This document shows, piece after piece, positions 1 to 14,449 of a stretch of DNA of 64,000 nt. The notes below the pieces were generated by a model. The model saw only the letters and a list, made by a program, of their open reading frames with translations. It was not told the DNA's origin and searched no databases. Source of the stretch: Eledone cirrhosa (taxonomy: Eukaryota); NCBI GenBank assembly GCA_964016885.1, contig OZ024763.1:4216001-4280000 (forward strand), read 5' to 3'. A program made the position numbers and the translations under genes. Every line of letters begins with the position of its first letter. Positions within the stretch are counted from its first letter, which is position 1.

Positions 1-440
1 CACACTATATACAAAATATATATGATGTTTGATGGAAAAGCAAAGGCTGATCCAAATTGGCACCATTGTCATCACAACTCATGTTATGATCTACACAATA
101 AACACATCAACTGCATTGCAAAGTGTTTGGTGATAGGAAGGGCATCTTGCCAGAGAAAACTGTCACCCAAAAAGGGCCAGAAGGACACTTCAGTTGTGTC
201 CAAGACATTACAACCTCCCTATTGTTAGTGATTGACATGATAAACAATAAATAGTTGCTGATAAGAAGGGCTTCCATACAAAACCTGCTCAACAAAGGGT
301 TGAAAGGACCATTCAACGGTGTCAAAGACATGACAATTTCCTTAATGTTAGTGTCAGAATAAAAAGCACTTGGTAGAGCATGGGATTGTATGCAAGCTAA
401 AGGCTGACCCACCAGCCAATCTGAAAGGTCATTAATCTCA

Positions 441-628
441 CCGGTGGATTGGCAGTATCGGTAGAGGGTCGGACGCCATGCTTTGATGCATAGAGTTACG
501 GCCCTTGCTATTCTGAGTTCAAATCCCGCCGAGGTTAACTTTGCCTTTCATCCTTACGGGGTCGATAAAATAAAGTACCAGTAATGTACTGGGTAATTTC
601 TGGCCTTGTGCCAATAGTAGAAACAATT
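441..628 (+). mobile_element. tRNA-derived SINE family A (central domain gcctttcatccttacggggtcgataaaataaagtaccag)
   Basis: A-box tggcagtatcgg and B-box gagttcaaatccc. About 17 copies, e.g. 2915-3095, 8712-8912, 9352-9538(-), 21681-21860(-), 22221-22404(-), 38110-38298, 40095-40258, 55522-55725, 61608-61830. Confidence 0.85.
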
Positions 629-832
629 AATCTCACTTGAGTACTCAATTGTTCAATCTTTGTTAGTAGGGAAAATAGATGTTAAATGATGATAATGATG
701 GTAGTATATAAACTTAAGCCAACAAATTGCCAGAGTTGTTAGACTCTGGGATAGTCTGATTTACTGTATTTGTTCTGGCTCTTTCAGCTTTGAGTTCAAA
801 ATTCCCAGAGGTCAATTTTGTCTTTCATCCTT

Positions 833-1060
833 TTAACCCTTTAATGTTCAAACCGGCCAAAACCGGCCAGAATTCTCTACCTTTTTCTGTTGAAACTGGC
901 TGTAACTGGTCACTCAAACTGATGTTAAGGTATTGTTCTCAAAATAAATACTTTCAAAATCTCATAGATTCGATATTATGTGAGATAATTAAGCGAGATA
1001 AAGCCTTTACCATGAAAATATAATAGTATATAGAGAGTAATGTGGATGCTAAAGGATTAA
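833..1060 (-). mobile_element. TTAA-flanked piggyBac-like MITE (family 1)
   Basis: TTAA|CCCTTTA...TAAAGG(G)|TTAA ends. Other copies at about 1233-2400, 20462-20675, 28443-28645, 29613-29813, 39514-39844, 43777-43992 and 44722-44935. Confidence 0.7.
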
Positions 1061-1232
1061 GATCAACAAAAAAAGTATCAGTCTAGTAAATACTAGGGGC
1101 AATTTTTCCTCTATATTACATTTCCTCTTTCTCTTCACTCTCTCTTTCCTTCTCTGGAAGAAATCAGCTGTGCTCAGATCGAGCTCTTCCAGGTTTAAAA
1201 AATGCCCAAGATACTCCACCAGGAGTTACGGC

Positions 1233-2400
1233 TTAACCCTTTAGCATTTACATTACTCTATATATACTATTGTATTTTCGCAGTAAAGGCTTTAGCTCAC
1301 ATAATATCTCACATAACATTTACATTATATATACTATTGTATTTTCACTGTAAAGGCTTTACCTCACATAATATCTCCCATAACATTTACATTACTCTAT
1401 ATATACTATTGTATTTTCGCAGTAAAGGCTTTACCTCACATAATATCTCACATAACATTTACATTACTCTATATATACTATTGTATTTTCGCAGTAAAGG
1501 CTTTAGCTCACATAATATCTCACATAACATTTACATTACTCTATATATACTATTGTATTTTCACAGTAAAGGCTTTACCTCACATAATATCTCCCATAAC
1601 ATTTACATTACTCTATATATATACTATTGTATTTTCGCAGTAAAGGCTTTACCTCACATAATATCTCACATAACATTTACATTACTCTATATATACTATT
1701 GTATTTTCACAGTAAAGGCTTTAGCTCACATAATATCTCCCATAACATTTACATTACTCTATATATATACTATTGTATTTTCACAGTAAAGGCTTTACCT
1801 CACATAATATCTCATAACATTTACATTACTCTATATATACTATTGTATTTTCGCAGTAAAGGCTTTAGCTCACATAATATCTCACATAACATTTACATTA
1901 CTCTATATATACTATTGTATTTTCACAGTAAAGGCTTTACCTCACATAATATCTCCCATAACATTTACATTACTCTATATATATACTATTGTATTTTCGC
2001 AGTAAAGGCTTTACCTCACATAATATCTCCCATAACATTTACATTACTCTATATATATACTATTGTATTTTCACAGTAAAGGCTTTACCTCACATAATAT
2101 CTCACATAACATTTACATTACTATATATATACTATTGTATTTTCGCAGTAAAGGCTTTAGCTCACATAATATCTCCCATAACATTTACATTACTCTATAT
2201 ATGCTATTATATTTTCGCATTAAAGGCTTTATCTTATATAATTTTCTCACATAATATCGAATCTATGAGATTTTGATATTATTTATTTTCAGAACAATAC
2301 TTTAACATCAGTATGAGTGGTTAGTTATGGCCAGTTTGAACAGAAAGAGGTGAGAGAATTCTGGCCAGTCACGGGGCCGGTTTGAATGCTAAAGGGTTAA
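1233..2400 (+). mobile_element. Family-1 MITE with internal tandem expansion (about 72-bp unit, about 14 copies)
   Basis: Starts ttaaccctttagcattta and ends tgctaaagggttaa. The unit catttacattactctatatatactattgtattttcgcagtaaaggctttacctcacataatatctcacataa repeats over about 1244-2250. Confidence 0.85.
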
Positions 2401-3179
2401 TCCATCCATCTGTATGTACATATAAACTTTATTGTAGGAACACAGATATGTCATATCAGTAAAGATGACAGTATTGACATTTGCTCATAAGCATATTTCT
2501 CCAAGATACGGAATATATCTTCTGCTAATGTTAATGTCAATATTTGATGTTCCTTAGAGCGTGACTGTTTAATAAGTAGAGTGTTCCAGTTGTTCAATTA
2601 ATAGAACAACCTGCTTTGGAAATTAACGTGTCAGTGGCTGAGCATTCCACAGACATGAGTTCTTTTATCATAATACTCAGGGTGATTCAGTGTGACACAG
2701 TTGGTTATTTGAATGAATTACTGCTGCAGTCTGTCTTGTGTTATACTGTAAGTGGCTGAGTATTCCACACATATATGTACCTTCCATGTAGTTTTCAGGG
2801 AGAGTCAGTGTGGTGCAGTGTATGAAAAGGTTGGTCCTTTAAATTACAGGTACAGTCCATCTTGTATTATAGTGTATGTATAATACACTATAATGCTGTA
2901 ACTTTATCCAATATGCTTTGTGGCATAGAGTTACGGCCCTTTGCGTTCTGAGTTCAAATCCCGCTGAGGTCAGCTTTGCCTTTCATCCTTACGGGGTTGA
3001 TGAAATAAAGTACCAGTAATGCACTGGGGGTGGATTTAATTGACTTTCCCTCCCCCTTCAATTTGTTGGCCTTGTGCCTAAAGTAGAAACAATTATATTA
3101 TATGTGGCTGAGTATTCCACAGACCACCAACCACCAACCACCAACCCCCAACCGACCACTAACCCACACCAACCACCAC

Positions 3180-4391
3180 CTCACGTCCTGGATTAGGAAA
3201 CATTCAAGGAAACTAGCTGGATCTGCCTCAAACAGTGTCAGATTTTCCTGTCATGTGATCAGCCTGGTGTGATTTTGATCAGGTGTCAGAAGATGTGGCA
3301 CCCACCTTAGTCATGCCAAGTTCATTGTACAGAATATTCTAAACTCTCTCACAGAATATGTTAATAGCATTGGCTACTTGATTTAACTCAGCTGTCATCC
3401 ATCACCATGTGGTGAGATTTAACTCACCTGTCATCCATCACCATGTGGTGAGATTTAACTCACCTGTCATCCATCGCCATGTGGTGAGATTTAACTCACC
3501 TGTCATCCATTGCCATGTGGTGAGATTTAACTCACCTGTCATCCATCGCCATGTGGTGAGATTTAACTCAGCTGTCATCCATCACCATGTGGTGAGATTT
3601 AACTCACCTGTCATCCATCGCCATGTGGTGAGATTTAACTCACCTGTCACCCATCACCATGTGGTGAGATTTAACTCACCTGTCATCCATCACCATGTGG
3701 TGAGATTTAACTCACCTGTCATCCATCGCCATGTGGTGAGATTTAACTCACCTGTCACCCATCGCCATGTGGTGAGATTTAACTCAGCTGTCATCCATCA
3801 CCATGTGGTGAGATTTAACTCAGCTGTCATCCATCGCCATGTGGTGAGATTTAACTCACCTGTCATCCATCGCCATGTGGTGAGATTTAACTCACCTGTC
3901 ATCCATCGCCATGTGGTGAGATTTAACTCACCTGTCATCCATCGCCATGTGGTGAGATTTAACTCAGCTGTCATCCATCACCATGTGGTGAACACGATCA
4001 TTGTTTTCTTTGGTGGTGACAGTTGCAAGATGTCCAGACCTTGAGTCATCTTCAAGGCTCTCCCTCCTCTTCCTAGATTCAGCCGCGCACTTTTGCACTG
4101 TTTATAAACCTGGAATATCATTCCCTAATGTAGCAACCAAGTCAGCATGAATATCCTTAGGGGCTAAACCTTTTTTCTGCAGGTACTTGATAACACCATG
4201 ATTCCAAATGTTGTCCATTTTCAAGAGAATTCGCTACCAGTTACTTTTGAAGTCTTCTTTGAACAGTCAGATGTCAGTTTACCTGGAAAGAAACAATAAG
4301 AATAGTTGAAATTAATGCCTGCAAGATTTCACAGCTCTAGCATCACTCTTTCATAATCAGCCTATGATATGAACTCTTCGACCCACCCTCA
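3180..4391 (-). pseudogene. Decayed mariner transposon (5' TIR plus N-terminal transposase)
   Basis: ATG at 4218 (-) gives MDNIWNHGVIKYLQKKGLAPKDIHADLVATLG...LEDDSRSG, and after the internal repeat comes WVPHLLTPDQ (mariner WVPxxL motif). Contains stops. The end reads ta-tgagggtgggtcgaagagttc, like a mariner TIR. Confidence 0.85.
3380..3991. repeat. 36-bp minisatellite, about 17 copies, expanded inside the mariner transposase
   Basis: Unit gatttaactcacctgtcatccatcgccatgtggtga; 612 bp total. Confidence 0.95.
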
Positions 4392-4818
4392 TAGAGAAAG
4401 AATCGACCCCCATTACTAGACTGCTGCTTTTTTTTTTATTGAGCCTGAAAAGATGAAAAGCAAAGTTGACCTCGGTGGGATTTGAACTCAGAGAGAGAGA
4501 ACAAATACCGCCAAGCATTCTATTTGGTGTCCTCCTATAGCAATGAGGTTCTCAAACTCTTCGCCCCGTCCCTCCCCTCTCATGGCCACTTTATACCCTC
4601 GGCACTCTGCACCTCTATTTCCAGAGGCACATGTCTACACGCAAATTGTAAATAATATATAATAAATAAAATCGTTCATTGATATGTAATAAATAATATA
4701 TATATATATATTATGTATATTATACATTTTATAGGCGGCGAATTGGTAGAGTCGTTAAGACGTTGCGAGTTCAAATTCCGTCGAGGTCAACTTTGCTTTT
4801 CACCCTTCCGAAGTCGAT

Positions 4819-5257
4819 AAAAAAAAGGTACCAGTACTCTATAGTAAAAAAAGGTACCAGTACTCTATAGTAAAAAAAGTACCAGTACTCTATAGTAAAA
4901 AAAGTACCAGTACTCTATAGTAAAAAAAGTACCAGTACTCTATAGTAAAAAAAGTACCAGTACTCTATAGTAAAAAAAGGTACCAGTACTCTATAGTAAA
5001 AAAAGTACCAGTACTCTATAGTAAAAAAAGTACCAGTACTCTATAGTAAAAAAAAGTACCAGTACTCTATAGTAAAAAAGGTACCAGTACTCTATAGTAA
5101 AAAAAGTACCAGTACTCTATAGTAAAAAAAGGTACCAGTACTCTATAGTAAAAAAAGGTACCAGTACTCTATAGTAAAAAAAGTAGCAGTACTCTATAGT
5201 AAAAAAAGTACCAGTACTCTATAGTAAAAAAAGTACCAGTACTCTATAGTAAAAAAA
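4819..5257. repeat. 25-26-bp minisatellite (aaaaaaagtaccagtactctatagt), about 17 copies, seeded from SINE A
   Basis: Starts directly at the SINE's gataaaa..gtaccagt segment. Confidence 0.9.
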
Positions 5258-8200
5258 TGGCTGTGCTCAGACCTGGAGAGGGTTGGGCTCTGCCGGGTTT
5301 AAAAGTGCCCTAGACACGCCGTTTGACAGTGCCTCTACGACTCCATAAGGAATTATAGGATCTTTATCCTTTTATATATATATGTATCGTTTGATATTTA
5401 ATATACTATTATATCATCTCTACCGCCACCCCCACTGTCCCCTTAGGCTCCAGCGACCCCCTCGATGTTCTCAATGCCCCCCCCCCCCCTCCCCGGGGGT
5501 ACCGGTAGTGCCCACTTTGAGAGCCTCTGCGTTATAGCCTTGTTACCCGGTTGCTAACATGTGCCAATATTTCACTCTCTCCATCTTCCACTTTCACTTA
5601 TCACCATCACCTCCATTGTCATTCTACCGCTAACCATTCTCTTACTCTCCTCCTCCTCTTTGTATCTCTCTCTCTCTCTTCTGCCACTATTACCCCCACT
5701 TTTCTCCCTGTCATCCCATCTATTAACTACAACCATCGCTCCATCCATCCCTCTCACTATACTACAAGTGTCATAAGTCTCTCATTCCTCCTCTCACACT
5801 CATCACTACCATAACTACTGCATCTATCTATCTATCTATCTCTCCCTGCCGCCGCCTCTACGGTTATGTTGCTGTCATAGGCCACGCCGCTGTCCACTAT
5901 AGTATTTCTATCATTAGCCATTCTCTCCATCTTCCTCCTACTCCCAAGCACGCCTATTTGCCTCTCTCTCTCCCTCCCACCCCTACTTCCACTGTCCAGC
6001 CATTCCTCCCACTACCACTACCGGCTATGTTGTTGTCCTCATGAGCCACCCTACCGCCATCATCATCCACCCCTTCTATTAACCTACACATGTACCATGA
6101 TGGGAGATCGAAGTTTTTCTGCTGTGCTGGGTACAATGTCAATATGAAGGCAAGTAGTAGTGTGTTAAGACCATTATTATTATTATTTACATTCGTTATA
6201 ATGTATTGTTAATCATTACACTATTTATTACAATTATTATTATGTCCAGTAATGGATTAAGCTGGACTGACTATGTGTGAGACTTGGTTGCAGTGAGGGG
6301 CCCACACAATGTTTAAAAGGTTCCATATTAATTTGTTATTGCTGTTACCATAAATAATACGGTAGAGTCCCCGATTAAATTTGTAGCCGGGGAGGGGGGG
6401 GGGGTCTTCTACTACAATCAAACTCCATTCACATCCCAGATTTGGTTATATATATATATATATATATATGTTGTGTTTTGTCCCTGTATTGTCCTAAATA
6501 CTTGGGCCCTTGTGGTCAATGAAAAAAATATTTGCGCTTTCTCCACGAGTGACCCTTGAAAGTGCCCCCCCCCCCCGCCGCGCCAAACCATTGGGGTATT
6601 TTCTTGTGTTTAAATTGCATGCTTTTCGTTCGTTTTCGTTAAATATTTTTTAACTCACAAAAACCCACTTTATGCTGTCCCGCGTTGTCCTTAATGTTTT
6701 CTTGATGTAAACCCCCGTGTGGCTAATAAAGAAACCATTATTATCATTATCGGATAAGAGTTTTAAGGTATTTGTCTCCATTCGTCTTCAAATCCTGTCC
6801 TGGTCAAATTTACCTTTCATCCTTCCGGATTGATAAAATAAAGAAATAAAGTCGCAGACACGTACTGGGGATCGATATAATCGACTCCCCCCCCCCACAC
6901 AAATTATTGGTCTTGCATCTAAGTTAGAAACCGCTATTATCATTATCTACAAAAGAACTATACGAAAAGATAAAGTGCTTTTGTTGATGAAGCTATCGAA
7001 CAAAAAAAAATACTTATGGTGGGTGAACAGAAATGTGTGTGTGGGGTGGTATTCTGACTTGACGTAACTAGTGAGTTCTCCTCCACGTGAGGGTGGGTAG
7101 CCCTAAATGTTTCACACTCGTTTGTATATAACTTAATCTACCCAGCCCCATATATGTAAATATGTAATGTAACTCCCAAGTGTATGTTTACTTTATTCTA
7201 TATACAATTCCTTGTGGCTATTAAATCATTATTGGTAGAGAATCGTTAGAGCGTCGGACAGAATGCTTTGCCGCATTTTATCACAGCTCTTTACATGATG
7301 TCGAGGTCAACTTTACCTTTCATCCTTACGAGGTCAATATAATAAAGCACCAGTAACTGATTTACCCTACCCCGAAATTGTTCGCCTTCTACCCTAAATC
7401 AGAAATCATTAAGTACCAGTAATGCACTGGGTAATTGCTGGCCTTGTGCCGAAAGTAGAAGCAATTATTATTTATAATATTACTACTACTACGCCTAATG
7501 TCATTGCTGTCAACATTATTGTATCTATTCATGTGTCCTTAAAGTGAAGGCCATATTACAGCACAGCTGCCCCCACCCCCCTTCCGTTCTATATCGTCCT
7601 AATATATTATTCTGATATATTTACTGGCATATTTATCACCGAATGCTTCGCCTTTGGATTAGCTTGTGTCCCATAAGGCGATGCGAAGGTCTTCATCTGT
7701 GTAACCTGATATATTACTACTGGTATTGTTTTGCCACCGAATACTTTGCCTTTGGATTAGCTCATGTCCCATTTTTATTTATAAGGAAGGCCATGCTAGG
7801 ACATCGCCTTCATCTGTTTAGTATGTGCTCTATTTTTTTACTAGTATTGTACTATCACCGAATACTTCGCATTTGGATTGGCTTGTGTCGCATTCCCAGT
7901 CGTAAAATCCAGCTGCAGGCCATAACTACAGTTTTTAACGGTCCACCTCACACCACCCGGCGTTACTTCCTCATAACCTCCTTATTGATGCATAATTTTA
8001 GAAATAAAATTTTGCAGAGATATATTTTCGAAAGTATAGATTACAGTTATGCCAATGAAAAAAATAAACATTTTCTTCATTTTTTTTTGTTGAAATTCTT
8101 AGCTGTAGTTTTCTGTAAAAAAAAATCTGTAGAAAATTCTGTTTGATATTATCAACATGAAATTGGAAGGCATAATGATATTTCTGACTTTATGTTTAGT

Positions 8201-9734
8201 CTATTATAAACAGAAATAGAAAATATTCCTTGAACGAAAACATTAACCAACATATTAAAATAATTATATTTTAAAATCCCACCAACATAGCTATTATCAA
8301 CACCATTGAAAATGTCTCTGCTTGACGGTACATTTTATGTTGTAGTATAGTCTCGATAAAATAAAGTACCAGTAACGCACTGGAGTCGATTTAATCGACT
8401 TTCCAAAATTGATGGCCTTGTGCTTAAATCAGAAACCATTATCGGCCCCGTAAGGATGAAAGGCAAAGTTAATCCCGCCGAGGTTAACTTTGCCTTTCAT
8501 CCTTACGAGGTCGATAAAATAAAGTACCAGTAATTCACTGGTGTTTCACTGGGTAATTGCTAGCCTTGTGTCTAGCGTAGAAACAATTATCGTGTAAGCG
8601 GCTGAGTATTCCACAGATATGTGTACCTTTAACACGATTCTCAGGGAGATGCATTGTAACAAGGCTGACCCTTTGAATTACAGGTACATTTTATCTTATA
8701 TTATAGTGTGAGGGCGGTGAATTGGCAGAATCGGTAGAGCGTCGGACACCTTACTTCGCGGAATAGAGTCACGGCCCTTTACATTCTGAGTTCAAATCCT
8801 GCCGAAGTCAGCTTTGCCTTTCATCCTTACGGGGTCGATCACTGGGTTCGATTTAATCGACTTTGCCCTCTCCCCCAAAATTGCTGGCCATGTGCCTAAA
8901 TCAGAAACCATTATATTGTGTAAGTGGCTGAATATTCCACCGACACGTGTACCTTTAATGTAATTCTCAGGGAGATTCAGCGTGACACAGTGCATTTAGG
9001 TAGTTGATATAGCCGACATATATATATTATACACTACAAAACTGCAAACGAAATCAGTTTGATAATCACGTGTGTACTATATCAACACTGACAGATATAT
9101 ATAGGCAGACTGATAGATGAACAGACAAAGGTATATATACATAGATAGGTATATTGCGTTTTTAGATAGATAGATATATAGATAGATTTTTTTTTTTTTT
9201 GCCACAAGGGCGCTCAAGAAATGCGACATTACAAGACCTGACGGCGTAGGTGTTCCCGTCTCCCCTCTTTTGTCTTCCTCAACCTACAGGTTTATACAGA
9301 TAGATATTCTCTTTAGTTGCCTCACTGATAGATATCATTCTTTATTTAATCATTATTTCTACTTTTGGCACAAGGCCAGCAATTAGTCCAGTGCATTACT
9401 GGTACTTTATTTTATCGGCTTCGTAAGGATGAAAGGCGTAAGTTAACCTCGGCGGGATTTGAACTCATAACGTAAAAGGACACAACTCTGTGCTGCAAAA
9501 CATGGCGTTCGACCCTCTACCGATACTACCAATCCACCACAGATAGATAGACGGACAGACAGATAATTTCCCGATCGAGCAACTGGAACATTCATCGTTG
9601 ACACCGAAGGAGGTCCATTCTATGTAGTCAGGTGAAGAAGTCAAGAATTAGGAAGTATGGAAGAAAACAAGGGCAATAAATTAAGCTAGTTAGACACTTC
9701 TGTCTGTTCATAGCAGCACATGGTTATATTAGTT

Positions 9735-11620
9735 TGGGTTGGTGGTGTCGGTGTTGTTGTTGGTGTTGGTGTTATTAATATCATTGTTGTTGGCGGTGGT
9801 GTCGTTGTTGTTGGTGTTGTCGCTAGTGGTGGTGGTGGTGTTGTTGTTGGCAGTGTTATTGTTGGTTTTGTTGTCGGTGGTGGTGGTGTTGTTGGCAGTG
9901 TTGTCGGTGGTGGTGTTGTTGGTGTTAATGTTATTGGTGGTGTTGTTGATGGTATTGTTAATGGTGTCGTTGATGTCGTTGTTGATGGTGTTGTTGGTAT
10001 TGTTGTTGATGGTGTTGATGTTGTTAATGGTGTTGATGTTGTTAATGGTGTTGATGTTGTTAATGGTGTTGATGTTGTTAATGGTGTTGGTGTTGTTAAT
10101 GGTGGTGGTGGTGATGTTGTTAATGGTGGTGGTGGTGATGTTGTTAATGGTGGTGGTGGTGGTGGTGTTGTTGTTGATGGTGTCGTTGATGGTGTCGTTG
10201 TTGGTGTCGGTGTTGGTGTTGGTGTTGTTGGTGTTGTTGATGGTGTTGTTGTTGATGATTTCGTTGGTGGTGTTGGTGTTGTTAATGTTGTTGTTGTTGG
10301 TGGTGGTGTTGTTAATGGTGGTGGTGGTGGTGTTGTTAATGGTGGTGGTGGTGGTGGTGTTAATGGTGGTGGTGGTGTTGTTAATGGTGGTGGTGTTGTT
10401 GTTAATGGTGGTGGTGGTGGTGGTGTTGTTAATGGTGGTGTGGTGGTGGTGGTGGTGGTGGCGGTGGTGTTAATGGTGGTGGTGATGTTGTTAATGGTGG
10501 TGGTGGTGGTGTTAATGGTGGTGGTGGTGGTGGTGTTGTTAATGGTGGTGGTGGTGTTAATGGTGGTGGTGTTGTTGTTAATGGTGGTGGTGGTGGTGGT
10601 GGTGTTGTTGTTGATGGTGTCGTTGATGGTGTCGTTGTTGGTGTCGGTGTTGGTGTTGGTGTTGTTGGTGTTGTTGATGGTGTTGTTGTTGATGATTTCG
10701 TTGGTGGTGTTGGTGTTGTTAATGTTGTTGTTGTTGGTGGTGGTGTTGTTAATGGTGGTGGTGGTGGTGTTGTTAATGGTGGTGGTGGTGGTGTTGTTAA
10801 TGGTGGTGGTGGTGTTGTTAATGGTGGTGGTGTTGTTGTTAATGGTGGTGGTGGTGGTGGTGTTGTTAATGGTGGTGGTGTGGTGGTGGTGGTGGTGGTG
10901 GTGGTGGTGGTGTTAATGGTGGTGGTGATGTTGTTAATGGTGGTGGTGGTGGTGTTAATGGTGGTGGTGGTGGTGGTGTTGTTAATGGTGGTGGTGGTGT
11001 TGTTGTTAATGGTGGTGGTGGTGGTGGTGGTGTTAATGGTGGTGGTGGTGGTGTTAATGGTGGTGGTGGTGGTGTTGTTAATGGTGGTGGTGGTGGTGTT
11101 GTTAATGGTGGTGTGGTGGTGGTGGTGTTAATGGTGGTGGTGGTGTTGTTAATGGTGGTGGTGGTGATGTTTATGGTTTGTGGTGGTGGTGGTGGTGGTG
11201 TTAATGTTGTTGGCGGTGGTGGTGTTAATGTTGGTGGTGGTGTTAATGGTGGTGGTGGTGATGTTTATGGTTTGTGGTGGTGGTGTTGTTAATGGTGGTG
11301 GTGTTAATGGTGGTGGTGATGGTGTTAATGGTGGTGGTGGTGTTGTTAATGGTGGTGGTGTTAATGGTGGTGGTGATGGTGTTAATGGTGGTGGTGTTGT
11401 TGTTAATGGTGGTGGTGGTGTTGTTGTTAATGGTGGTGGTGGTGGTGTTGGTGGTGTTAATGGTGGTGGTGATGGTGGTGGTGTTGTTAATTGTGGTGTT
11501 AATGGTGGTTGTGTTAATGGTTGTGGTGGTGATGTTGTTAATGATGGTGGTGTTAATGGTGGTGGTGGTGATGTTTCTGCTGTTATTGTTGGTGTTATTG
11601 CTGTAGTTGCAGTTGTTGTC
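9735..11620. repeat. Compound (GGT/GTT)n microsatellite
   Basis: Visible directly; source of the Val/Gly ORFs. Confidence 0.95.
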
Positions 11621-11699
11621 TTTTGTGTGTAAATGTCTGCCGCTAAAGCACACTTGTTGGATTTCTCAGCACAATTACTACTGCCAGTCTTTAGAATCA

Positions 11700-13505
11700 A
11701 CACCACCACTACTACCACCACTACTACCACCACTACCACCACCACCACCATCATCACCACTACTACTATCACTACCACCACCACCATCATCACCACTACT
11801 ACCACCACTACTATCACTACCACCACCACCATCATCACCACTACTACCATCACTACTATCACTACCACCAACCACCACTACTACCACCAACCACCACCAC
11901 CACAACTACCACCACCACCACCACCACCATCACTACTACCACCATCACCACCACTACCACCACCACCACTATCACCACCTCTACCACCACCACCACTACT
12001 GCTAGTCTTTATAACCACTACTACTACTGCTACTAGTCTTTATAACCACCACTACTACTACTCTTTATAACCACCACCACTACTACTACTACTAGTCTTT
12101 ATAACCACCACTACTACTACTAGTCATTATAACCACCACCACCACCACTACTACTACTACTAGTCATTATAACCACCACCACCACTACTACTACTACTAG
12201 TCTTTATAACCACCACCACCACCACCACCACTACTAGTCTTTATAACCACCACCACCACCACCACCACCACTACTAGTCTTTATAACCACCACCACCACC
12301 ACCACTACTAGTCTTTATAACCACCACCACCACCACCACCACTAGTCTTTATAACCACCACCACCACCACCACTACTAGTCTTTATAACCACCACCACCA
12401 CCACCACCACTAGTCTTTATAACCACCACCACCACCACCACTACTAGTCTTTATAACCACCACCACCACCACCACCACTAGTCTTTATAACCACCACCAC
12501 CACCACCACCACTAGTCTTTATAACCACCACCACCACCACCACCACCACTACTACTAGTCTTTATAACCACCACCACCACCACCACTACTACTAGTCTTT
12601 ATAACCACCACCACCACCACTACTACTAGTCTTTATAACCACCACCACCACCACTACTACTAGTCTTTATAACCACCACCACCACCACCACCACCACTAC
12701 TACTAGTCTTTATAACCACCACCACCACCACCACCACCACTACTACTAGTCTTTATAACCACCACCACCACCACCACTACTACTAGTCTTTATAACCACC
12801 ACCACCACCACTACTACTAGTCTTTATAACCACCACCACCACCACTACTACTAGTCTTTATAACCACCACCACCACCACTACTACTAGTCTTTATAACCA
12901 CCACCACCACCACCACTACTACTAGTCTTTATAACCACCACCACCACCACTACTACTAGTCTTTATAACCACCACCACCACCACTACTACTAGTCTTTAT
13001 AACCACCACCACCACCACTACTACTAGTCTTTATAACCACCACCACCACCACCACTACTACTAGTCTTTATAACCACCACCACCACCACTACTACTAGTC
13101 TTTATAACCACCACCACCACCACTACTACTAGTCTTTATAACCACCACCACCACCACCACCACCACTACTACTAGTCTTTATAACCACCACCACCACCAC
13201 CACCACCACTACTACTAGTCTTTATAACCACCACCACCACCACCACCACCACCACTACTAGTCTTTATAACCACCACCACCACCACCACCACCACTACTA
13301 GTCTTTATAACCACCACCACCACCACCACCACCACCACCACCACCACCACCACCACCACCACTACTAGTCTTTATAACCACCACCACCACCACCACCACC
13401 ACTACTAGTCTTTATAACCACCACCACCACCACCACCACCACCACCACCACTACTAGTCTTTATAACCACCACCACCACCACCACCACTACTACTATTAC
13501 TACTA
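11700..13505. repeat. (ACC/ACT)n compound satellite punctuated by agtctttata
   Basis: Unit (acc)n(act)n-agtctttata. Confidence 0.95.
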
Positions 13506-14019
13506 TTGTATTAGCTATACTTTCAAGAAATCTAGAAATGCCATTACTTATGTATGTGGATGGTTTCTTTAAAGATTTGTCATCTCTGGGAGGCTGTGTA
13601 AATGGTGTGTGTGTGGGGGGGGGGGAGTAGTGGTGCTTGCTATGATGATGATGATGCTTATAATGGTAGTGGTGGTGATGGTGGTGACTATGATGATGCT
13701 TGTGATGGTGATGGTTATAATGGTAAAGGTGGTGGTGGTGGTGATAATAGCAGTGGTGATGGTGGCGATGGTAGTGACTGTGGTGGTGGTGGTGGTAGTG
13801 ACTGTGGTGGTGGTGGTGGTAGTGACTGTGGTGGTGGCGATGGTAGTGACTGTGGTGGTGGTGGTGGTAGTGACTGTGGTGGGGATAAAACTAGCCTGTG
13901 AACATATCTACATTATTATCAGCAGTTCATATCTTACCAAGCAGACTGTGATGAGCTGATTTGCTGCATCTATCCCACACCCTGGTTTCCTGCAATATTA
14001 CTTGTCTATCTGTCTATCT

Positions 14020-14448
14020 GATTGAGGGGACTGAGGACAGATGCCTTTCTCTCTGGACAACAACTCATTCCCTTCTTTTAGGTACCACTTTAGGAGGAGA
14101 ATCAGAGTGGAGAGAGGGGCACTGCACCCCAGTAAATTTACTGAAAGGTGGGTGAATGTGGCGAAAATGGCCCGAGTGTTTGGACCTTCGCTGTATATAA
14201 ACCTGTAGGTTGAAGAAGAGAGCAAAAGGAAGAAAGGAGCACTTGCACAACACGCTCCTGAAGTTGAGGGTTGTTCTACCTACGGGGTATAAAACAACCC
14301 ATTTGTGGCGCCCCCCCCCCCCCCTATTGGGGATTTCGATTGTTAAATTTGTTTGTTTAATATTTTTATACGACTGTATGTAAAATCCCTGGCATGTGTC
14401 TTTGTATTGTCCCCTTTTCTTGTGCGCCCTTGTGGCTAATAAAAAAAT
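14020..14448 (+). mobile_element. 3'-terminal LINE fragment (probably Tx1-like) ending ccttgtggctaataaa; homologous copy at 62130-62400
   Basis: Shared ggcccgagtg...cctgtaggttga...ctcctg.ag.tgagggttg...ccccctattgggg...gtggctaataaa. Confidence 0.6.
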
Positions 14449-14449
14449 A

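Noticed and set aside
3380-3991. 36-bp repeats of CRISPR-like length and the 211-aa ORF 3409-4044
   Set aside because: The units are contiguous with no unique spacers, there are no cas genes, the context is eukaryotic, and the unit derives from the mariner transposase.
7643-8146. 167-aa ORF
   Set aside because: Built from degenerate triplicated about 110-bp units plus AT-rich sequence, with no recognisable domain or splice context.
8311-8333. ATGTCTCTGCTTGACG|gtacat as an upstream aPKC coding exon
   Set aside because: Weak donor, phase 1 does not fit the phase-0 open frame at 55795, and no homology.
9720-12070. Gly/Val/Thr-rich ORFs on both strands
   Set aside because: Trinucleotide repeat artefacts, open in several frames.
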